Shown: positions 54,614 to 64,000 of the stretch, in pieces
How positions within the stretch are numbered: position 1 is the stretch's first letter
Layout: the number at the start of each line of letters is the position of its first letter
Source of the DNA: Epiperipatus broadwayi
Lineage: Eukaryota; Animalia; Onychophora
Assembly (NCBI GenBank): GCA_028023455.1
Contig: JAQFVV010000010.1
Span: 6,758,001-6,822,000, forward strand
Length of the DNA: 64,000 nucleotides
Direction of reading: 5' to 3'
Notes under the pieces: generated by a model
What the model saw: only the letters and a program-made list of their open reading frames with translations
Databases searched by the model: none
Told to the model about the DNA's origin: nothing
Made by a program: the position numbers and the translations under genes

Positions 54614-54788
54614 CTTTCTTTCGGAATTGAGCTGCAAGAAGCAATTTACTGGCTATTTCCAATTCTAATAAATTTTCTACAGTCCTGCAGCTTTCAGCCC
54701 ATTTGTTCTGGTTATCTATTACTGGAAGCCTTTCATATGCACAGCCGTGTGGGATGAGATAATAAAATTCATTGGATAATTCACCAAT
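54614..54788 (-). CDS. PARP gene exon, regulatory domain
   Basis: Acceptor ttaattttag, donor G|gttgtt; 175 nt; IGELSNEFYYLIPHGCAYERLPVIDNQNKWAESCRTVENLLELEIASKLLLAAQFRKK matches the PARP_reg LSNxFYxLIPH...LxNLxDIEIA pattern. Confidence 0.92.
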
Positions 54789-55265
54789 CTAAAATTAAAG
54801 TGATAATAAATAATTAAATATTATCTGTATATATCAAGTTCTTAAAAAACCGTGTACATTATACCAGCCAAACAGAAAATACAATAAGTATTAAGTATTC
54901 TAAATAATAAAGTAGATACGAGTAATATAAATATTTGATGGGGGGCTTACTCCAGCAAAGTTTATTAAGACATAATAATAATAAAAATATTATTAAAATA
55001 AAATAAATCTAAAAGCATTAATAATTATATTTTAAAACTTTTGTATGACCAAATATCCTAATGTGTGTGCTTAAGAATGGAAAATGAGTCAGAGATAGCA
55101 AAGTATTAAAATCATTACAGTGACTAGATTGTAAAAAAGATTTATCATCAACGAAATGATAGAAAACACAGTCATATACCGTACATGTCAATAAAATCAT
55201 ATTTAATAATATTGAATTTCAAAATCTTCCATATTTCACTTTTCAGCAAAAAAAACTTTTAATAT

Positions 55266-55310
55266 TGATTACAGTTTCGACTGTACCATGCAGTCTTCAT
55301 CAGATCTACA
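55266..55310 (-). ncRNA. Minimal hammerhead (PLE pLTR type)
   Basis: TAGAT CTGATGA A GACTG catggta CAGTC GAAAC T G TA ATC; perfect 5-bp stem II, GUA triplet, only about 3-bp stem I. Confidence 0.55.
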
Positions 55311-56794
55311 AAATTTGAATACACATAAAAATCATATTTAAAACCAATCTGGCAACATACTCTAATAATTAATTAAAACAATTTAACAGGGGAATATAGT
55401 CCTACATATGCAGAAATTGTGTAAGAAAAAAGATAATAAAAATGCAATTAATAGAAAATAAACATAGTTTTATGTATTTATACTATATACAACTGAATAA
55501 AATGAAACTATAGGTTCACAAAAATATCTTGTAGAGTAATGATTATGTTCATTTTAATTTTAAAAAATACTCAAAAACACTTGCGCTTGTAGTGATATTT
55601 CTTGAATAATAGAGAGTATTAAAGACATAGATATATTGGCGAAAATTACACTAAATTTTTATAGAAACTACTAAGACAAAAAGCATATTTCTACTGTTTC
55701 AATAACAAATAGCTATCCTTATCTTTTCTAAGATATAAATGATCTGTTGCACAAATAAAGCTGATATTTTGATCTGCCACAGAGAAGATGAAATTATAAA
55801 CCAAACAATAAATACATGTTCTGCCTCAGAGATTACTTGGAAGAGAATATATGGTGCATTCTTATCAGATTCTGGGTCCAATTCAATATTAATTTCTAAC
55901 TTTTCTTAAAATTTATTTTCTGTTCATTCATCTTACTACTTTCACTTTATTGCACTCTCATGGACTAGAAGTACATTTATATGAGTAAAACTCCACAAAG
56001 ATATCTAAATACAGTGATTAATATCTTAAGACAATAAAAAAAATTGTATCCAAAACTTAGACTCTGTCAGATTATAAAACCAAATATAGGACAAGATAGG
56101 CTATAAATTAATCTCTTCTTCCCAGATAGTGGAACAATGCCTGGTTTCTTTTTTCCTTCTCAAGAAAATACTTTCCTATTTTGTCAACATATCCTTATTG
56201 TATTGATTAAAAATATATAAAAAGTTTTTGCTATCTACTATGTAGAAACTTTTGTAAAGACCAATAAAGTTATATTGAAAAATAATTTTCCTAATTTCAA
56301 CAAACTCTGTGATAACAATTAACTTATTATCATAAACATCATTTAAAAACCCTTTATTTGATTTGTAAACAAAAATCTCACCAAGACAGAAGAACATAAT
56401 TCAAGAATGAAATAAAAATAATAATTAATACCTTCAATTAATTAAAACTATAAAAATTTAACAATTTAAAAGTGGTATTCCATTTCTTCATATCACAATC
56501 AGCGCATTAAAAGAGATTCCTTCAATTAATTCCAAAAAATATTCAAATAAGAGAATTTTGTAAGATTAAAAAAAAGAAAAAGAAACTAAGAAATTATAGA
56601 TATATTACAATTTATCAATGACATTATTTGGATCATCTGAAAACACATATTATATAATCACAAAAAAAATCCAGAAATAAAAACTTTGTTAAGTAAAACA
56701 ACAAAATAATGCACGTGTAAATTTCAAAGGCTAAAATTACAAATAAAATTTTAAATATATATAACTAATTATTTATTTATCTAGTGCTGTGTTT

Positions 56795-57085
56795 TATTTG
56801 TAATAGTCATAAGGAAATCACCCTGACACATGTGCTGTATGAATTTATTAAGCCGAGGAATACTCTCACTTCCTAAACACAAGATAGAGTCTTTGAAAAA
56901 ATGAATCCACCTTATTTTTTTAATCTATATATACATACCAATCTAAAGCATTTAGAAATGGGAGCGTGAAGGTCTTATCTTTTTAAAGACTCTTGTGTTT
57001 AGAAAGTGAGAATATTTCTCAGTTTTATAAATTCATATAGCACGTGTATCGAGGTGATTCCCTTATGACTATAACAAAAATTTAA
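56795..57085. repeat. Foldback/MITE-like inverted repeat
   Basis: atagtcataaggaaatcacc...ctaaacacaaga..gagtcttt / aaagactcttgtgtttag...ggtgattcccttatgactat; arms of about 110 bp. Confidence 0.75.
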
Positions 57086-60000
57086 TAAAGAAATAGTATA
57101 AAAGAATATTTTGATTGAGCAAAGAGTTTTAATTATAAAATTTTTCCATTTCTCAACAAGAAACTGTCTTTTTAAAAACCAAAAAATGGCAAAGTGGAAG
57201 TTTAAATAATTCTAGAATTCTATATAAAGACATGAAAGAAAATATTTCTTAAAATAAATATTAATTCCCCTCCATCAAAAAATGAGAAATATAAATACAT
57301 GTGTAAGAATTATTTTTTCTCATGTTAACTCCGGAATAACTTAGCTGTTATTTAGGAATTTACCTAGATTAAACTTAATAAAAGATTTACATACACGAAA
57401 TGATCTTGTGACAAATATAAGACTTTTTAATAATAATATAAATGTGTATTTTTTTTAAAAAAAAAAAGAGGGGAGGGGGGTAATTTTTTTTATCCTTGTT
57501 GTGGAATTTCATTTATTTATTTATTTTTTAAAAAAAAAATAAAAAAAAGGAAAAGAGATTACCATCTTTAAAAGTTGATCAATTAAATAAAAAAAAAGAA
57601 AACAAAAAGAAATTAAGATCTGTAAAAGTTATTTATTAATTAAAAACCAGGATAGTTATATATTTGGATGGAAGATTGATATCAGAGTTGTTTTTATAAG
57701 TAAAAGATAAAAATAGACAGTGGAATTGAGTAGCAATTCAGCAGTTATAAGTTCTGCAGTTAGAAGTTCAGCATGGAAGTTTGATGCTAAATTGACTTCA
57801 CTCGTAATTATTTTAAAAAAAGATTTTTGCTAATATGTATAATAAAAATATGGAGTTTATAGAAATCATGTGCTAAGCTTTTGCTAAAAGCAGAGCATGG
57901 AAAATACTCCTTTCAGAAACAACCAATTAGCCTTATTTACTGATCCATCCAAAATCACGAGTCTTTCAACTGATGTTAACATGACCTGAAAATAATTATT
58001 AAACTAGAAACCTGAGACTACAAAAAGAAAAGAAGAAAAAGTTAATCTGAAATGGAAATAAGTATTAAATTGAAACCTGCATTTACCTGGAATGATACAA
58101 TCATTAAACTAGAAACATAAAGTTACAAAAGGAAAAAAAAAAAAAAGCTAAATAGATGAAAATAACTATTAAGAAAGTTATAAAGAAAGGCCTGGAACTG
58201 ACTAAATTGCTATCTGCAAGATTTTCAGGGAGATGACTAAAAAACCACGATAATATAGGATACTGTTGATATAAAAAGTAATAATTGTGAATATTGAATT
58301 TTTTTTTTAATGATTTTGTTTTAAGTTTTTTTAAATTTTAAAATGGTATGGGGACATTCTTATTTTCAAAAGGAAAAAGGAGAGGAAAGTTTAAATTATC
58401 TTTTTCTGTATTGTGAATTTTTTTTTAAGGGTTTGATTAACTTATTTAGATTATTTTTTTGATATCTTTATATTTCTAATTATCTGTTCTGTGAATTACT
58501 CATCACAGAATTGTGCTTTAAGAGAATTATAAGTTATTCCAGTGAAATTATGTAATACAATAAATTGAGCATGTATACTTATTTTATTCACAAATCCTAA
58601 AGTTCTTGCAATCCCAAGATAGTTCAAGCATGACAGTATTTGTAATATATGCGTGTCCTGACAATTCTCTATAGAATTATTTGGATAGCACAAAGGTAAA
58701 AATTATCTTCAAAGTTTGCATATTTCATTTTATTTAGATTTTATGATAACTAATTTATTGATGGCCAGTCTACTCATGATACCTGCTGACAAAAAACACT
58801 GATTACGGCTAGCATTGATATAATGTTCTCAGCATTTTTGATATAGAATTTTATTGTAATTTGAGAACTTAAATATGTGTATGAAAGTACTGGTAATAGC
58901 TTTTATAATACGCTTCAAAGTTTGACACTGGCTAGATGATGATTAGTCTCATATTTTATAGTGTATCTCTTTTAAATCCAGTTTCAGAGAATGACTGTTG
59001 ATTCTTGAAGATTAATGCTGGTGATACCATATTTATAACTTTAGATATTACTTATATTGGATTCAGATACTGATTCTTTTTGATGATTTCCATAAACCCC
59101 ATTCCCACTTGTTTTCCTTACCATTGCAATGTATACAGCATACACATAGAATACATTATGGGAACAAAAGATGAAAAATAAAAAACAAAATTTAAATATA
59201 AAAAAGACTAATAAAAACATTAGGTTATGCATGTCTAAATATATATAAAAAAAAGTTGTTGTTTTTTTATACTGTTAAATATATTATTTGTAACAACATA
59301 ATAAAATCTATTGAACTTAAATGTCAATTATGCCAGATAATATACTGCTTTTAATAAATTGTGTAATCTTATGCAATTCCAAACTGCAGTAGATATAAGG
59401 AATGCAGACAAAGCAAACTGAACAACAAATCTTTGTTTACATAGTGGTTGAAGTTTTCTTAATAGTATTCTCACAAACAACTTTATATGAATATTCTTTA
59501 CAGATTAGTAAAATTTCCCTTATTTTTTTTTTTAAAAAGTGCATTGTAAGATTAGTGAATTTGACCAGATACTTTATACTGAAAAGCAGTTATGCTAATG
59601 TATGATTAGATGTAGACTTTAATTTTTTTATTTAAGAAATGCTTTACAGAAATCAAAAATATTTATAAGATGATGATAATGTTATAACTCAGACTCATTT
59701 AGTTTTATCAAAAAATGGGGTTTCGTACTATCTCATCTAGATAATAATCAATCAAATAGCATCATCATTAGCAAGCAGAAATAAAATATAAGAACAATCT
59801 TGCCTTGCGCAACTAATATTTTATTGACAGATATAACAATCTATCTCATTCTTTGTATTCACAAATACTAGTAATATTATATATAAAGACAATCAAATAT
59901 CTTATTCAATGAATTAAATAATGACTTATTAATTATATTTATATCAATGACATCATGATTTTAAAAGTTTTGATTCATAATCTGTCAGAAATAAAGATAA

Positions 60001-61229
60001 GCAAAATTATAAAGCGATTTAAAATTAAAAATTGAGATATCAAAAACTATCATTGAATCAGATGTAATTTCTTAATCATAAGAGAAAATGGCATTAATCT
60101 TGAGTAGCATCTATGTTAAACACATTATGTGGCAAAATCTTTGTCCAAATCATTAACTTGCGAATGATGGGTTAATGTGTAACAGAACAAAAATCATATT
60201 GTGATAAGTGAAAAAAAAAATTTTTTTATTACATAAAATCATCATTAAGGGAAATAAATGATCCATAAAAATAGTTTAGTTATTTCAAAACTAACAAGAG
60301 CTGAGAGGAAATAATCAGAAGATATTTTTTTTAAAGTTTTTCATCGCAGCTACATTCAAATGACCAAAATTGAATTTTTTTTTGCCTTACTGTCCTTAAC
60401 TGGGAATTTATTCAGAAACCTTTAGCTCTTGAGTCATTTTCTTCAATAGTGAAAAATTCCTGGTGTTTATATATAATATTAATAAAAATTTACTTTTTTT
60501 GTGACAAAGAATCCAACATGTCTATCTTAAGATTAGAAACACTAATGTTTTCTTTTTTAAAGAACAAGTATTTGATTCATTGATAACTTTTTTTTTTCTT
60601 TTTTGATAAATTGCTATTTTAGAGCGCAGCTTTTATTTTTTGTAGGACAATGATTTATAGTCATAGACAAATTCTATAAATGAGCCAAAACTAAGATGGC
60701 TGTCAAAATTAATAACCTTTGATAAAGCAGGATATCGAATAGAATTTTTTTTTTTAGCAACAAAAAAAGATTTTGATATTGATTTTTTTTTTTTCAATTT
60801 AATACTCAATCAGGAACTTCCATTGAAAGAAATGCCTGATTTATAGTTTTTGGAAATTTAATTCAGATTATCCTATATTATACGTAAATAGGAATAGTTT
60901 TGAAATAAATATGTATCAAATTTAATGACACTTCATGGTAAATATAAATTCATTTTGCTATAAAGATATCTATCAAACAATGTATTTTAAATTCTAAAAG
61001 ACATTAATGATATCATATCTACCTTCAAAATATTTTATATCAAAAAGTCATAAAATCCTCTCAAACAGCCATCAAACTTCAACATGAAGTAAACAATTAT
61101 TCAAAATCTTACAACATTTTCAAGATAAATGTTGCAATATAAAGTCTTTAACATAATGAGATGTGATTTTATTTGTAGCATTTATAAACGTTTTTAATAA
61201 AATCATAAAATTGATCACCTCTTGTTAAA

Positions 61230-61640
61230 CATATCAAAACAAGTCAGGGATTCCTTTTTCACTACTCCATTTCAAAGATGAAGAGATAATGAAGGTATTG
61301 ACAGCATCAAATTTTTGTCAGACAGCCAACAGAGAGCCATTGAGTTTATCTAGAAGATTGACTTCTCTAAGATAACCTTAGCAGATTTGCCTACATGGTA
61401 TCCTGAAGAGATTCCTAGATAGCAGTAGAAATCCTCTTCAGAGAGACTAGATTTTGATCCTAAATAATGATTTCAGAACTTAAAGCTGATCTACCCTTAC
61501 AGCCAATGTGCAGTGAAGCACACATTTTTGATATTTAATTTGAACCCAAACTCACAATCCTGTTCACGTAATTGAGAAGTTACTGGAGCTTACCCTGACT
61601 CTGTCCGATCAGGACCAAGTCATCAGAATATGCTGAATAG
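61230..61640 (-). mobile_element. Degenerate NeSL/R2-group LINE RT fragment
   Basis: AYSDDLVLIGQSQGKLQ*, KMCASLHIG, GSLLAV*QKFDAVNTFI (YADD motif; KCASLHI and LLAPWQK.DA..TFI patterns of REL-type LINEs). Confidence 0.65.
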
Positions 61641-63152
61641 TTAATCCTCTATGCTACTTTTTTTTTTAAAAGAAAACATTAAACCCTTAATTGCACAAAG
61701 AACAATATTTGTAAGTGGATTCTTTTTTCTTTAAAAAAATTGTCAGTAAGGCAAAATTTAAATTGACCTTTTGTATACTAATTTTCAATTATTTTCCAAA
61801 TAATAATTATTGGTTCAATTTTTTATTTTTAAACAAAAAACATTACATATTCAAGAAACAAAGATTCATTGTCTGGCAAAATTAGTCAGCCAACTATATT
61901 GTAGTTTCTTTTTTTATTTATAAAATGCTACATAATTTTCAGTTATTTCATCTATGCACTTTGAAGTCTAGCATTGCTAAAAAAAATTGATTTTATTATA
62001 TTACAAAATAATAAATGTAAAACAGTACTATTAATGTCTGTCAAATAATTGCCTCATCTTTATAGACAGCATTCTTAATTATATGAGTGAAATATTTTGT
62101 GACTTTCTACTTTATCTATTCAGGTGCATATTTATCATTAATGAAGAAGCAGAATTAGAAAACATGTTTTATCACAAAACATTTTCCCAAAATATGGGGT
62201 AAAGAAAAATTGATTGTTGTATTAATTTATATATCTAATTTTGAAGTTTTTATATGCCATAATTATTTACATAAGTCATGTATATCTAAGTGACTGCCAA
62301 ATCATCATTTTGTTATCATGTATAAGAAAACAATGATGGCCAATTTTCAAATTTATCACAGAGATTTCGAAAGATGATTAGGTCACTATTTGTCTTGACT
62401 GGTAAAATACTATTACATACATACAGTATATTAATATTTCCCTTGTTGGTTGACAGATCAAATTTCAAATATTTCACTAAATTGTCAGCATTTTTTCTTT
62501 AAATTGAGTGTCTTTGTCAATTTTTTCTAATATAACTTTGCTGTTTAACATTTTAATGAATCTAAATATAAATACAAAATTAAAACTAATAATTTTAATT
62601 TCTAAATATTTATGTAAATTTCTAATAAAAAAAAAAATGGAAAAAATTTTAAATGCTTTAATATTTTCCAGAAGAATAGTACATTTCTTATCACTTAATG
62701 TATTTAAAAATAAAGTATTTCTAACAGTTTATCAAAAATGCTAAATTAGATTTTAATAAAAGGCATTTTCTTATTAAATAACTCATCAGTAAAATGAAGC
62801 TGCTCAAATAAAACCTCTCAACAGATTGAATCCATACTCTAAGACATACAAATAACTACACCAAACAGTTAGTGATATGAGCTTATCTTACAATGAAAAT
62901 GAAATTTTGTTCTATCTGTTATCCCCAAGCTTTAATAGCTCTCTTGACCTCATCCCACCAGGGAGACATATTAAAATACTCATCTACTTTATACAAAATT
63001 AAAACAATTTAATATTCTGAAAAAATATATAAGATTCATTTATTTTTTATAATTCTTATATAACTATTTAATCTGATTCTGCTATTAGCAATTAAATAAT
63101 TATAAAAACACATTGAAACAACAACAACAACAATAAAAACTATAACAATTAC

Positions 63153-63228
63153 CTTCTCACAGAGTTGTTGATATTTTTCTTTGCCTTTAGAATTATCCTG
63201 TAACGTCTCTTTTTCACTGATAAGTTCC
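63153..63228 (-). CDS. PARP gene exon, regulatory domain
   Basis: Acceptor ttgtattgaag, donor AAG|gtaatt; 76 nt, phase 2 to 0, bridges both neighbours in frame: (R)ELISEKETLQDNSKGKEKYQQLCEK. Confidence 0.85.
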
Positions 63229-63845
63229 CTTCAATACAAAAAATATTTTCATAAATATTAAACCACATTTCGCAATTAAACAGATGAATAAGTATTTGTA
63301 ATATCAAATATAAGTAACACTTTTCAAATTCCATGTCATGGTCCATTTGTCGCTCATGAAATCCATTTTAAAGAGTTGCATTCAACTTTTTTTTTTAATA
63401 AAATAAAAATATTTTACTTGATAAAATCATATTTATTATTAAAAATATTATGTCATTACTTTAATTTATATGGAAAGAACACATACTTTGGTAAACATTT
63501 TTATTACATTTCCCAATGCATGGTAACCAGAGTATCTCTAAAATCTCTATTCCATTTTGGAAAATAAAATAAGTCTCTAATAAATATCTTTTGTCTGATT
63601 ACATGTATTTTTACCCACATTAGATAAAAAAAAGAAAAGAATATATATACAGCTAAAAATACTACTCATTCATTGAACTAAAAGGTTTACATCATATCAA
63701 GTGATAATTTAATCAAAAGGATATGTTGCAAGCATGAAAACTATTTTATCATCAATATATATATATTTTAAATTATTATCAATTGTCAATAAAATTCATC
63801 CCTTTTATAAATGTTTCCAAAGCATAACTACATATAATTAATTAC

Positions 63846-63967
63846 CTTAATTGTTCAATTAGATCTTTTCCTTGTAGTAAACATTCTCTGGTAAGTCGAC
63901 CAAATGGCATTGTGGAAATATCAATACCTGTGTACTGAGTTGCTTCTTTTAGCATTTCCAAATTACT
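63846..63967 (-). CDS. PARP gene exon (first in window), regulatory/helical domain start
   Basis: Acceptor ttatttatttcag, donor AG|gtaatt; 122 nt; SNLEMLKEATQYTGIDISTMPFGRLTRECLLQGKDLIEQL resembles the PARP_reg 'IDLxKMPLGKLS' helix. Phase 0 to 2. Confidence 0.9.
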
Positions 63968-64000
63968 CTGAAATAAATAAATGCATACATACATTTACAT

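Noticed and set aside
58087-58108. 22-nt minus-strand exon candidate (tag|TTTAATGATTGTATCATTCCAG|gtaaat) for the gap in the regulatory domain
   Set aside because: 63153-63228 fills the gap with correct phases and PARP-like sequence; this candidate sits in a local degenerate duplication.
59041-59232. ORF with a strong donor ATG|gtaagg
   Set aside because: Low-complexity F/I/Y-rich translation, no fit to the PARP frame or sequence.
61600-61630. Minus CTGATGA...GTCC/GGAC hairpin
   Set aside because: Explained as codons of the YSDD RT motif; no GAAA.

Overview
Very AT-rich, CpG-depleted animal (bilaterian invertebrate-type) genomic DNA. The whole window lies inside one large minus-strand gene: seven phase-compatible exons (63967-63846, 63228-63153, 54788-54614, 31448-31341, 20546-20356, 12257-12165, 1008-885; 889 nt, about 296 aa) encode the PARP regulatory (helical) domain and most of a PARP catalytic domain (LWHGT, GIY). 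The gene starts to the right of the window and ends to the left of it. Nearly all six-frame ORFs in the track are spurious. The introns (0.6-23 kb) are full of TE relics: Penelope-like, two Merlin elements with TIRs and 8-bp TSDs, mariner, Gypsy, solo LTRs, RTE-like and NeSL/R2-like LINE fragments, and foldbacks. The most striking signal is about 18 type I hammerhead-ribozyme (HHR) motifs, intact to degenerate, from at least four families. They include a retrozyme-like array of about 425-nt units (3.3 tandem copies plus an inverted 5' segment, flanked by a 12-bp TSD), a second family with a 472-nt unit, palindromic elements with HHRs in their arms, and minimal HHRs with covarying A3:U8 and U3:A8 core pairs. 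Also seen: an intronic cluster of CTCF-like motifs, and a CpG-rich intronic region holding a candidate alternative first exon in frame with the catalytic domain. All calls were made by eye; no searches or folding programs were run.
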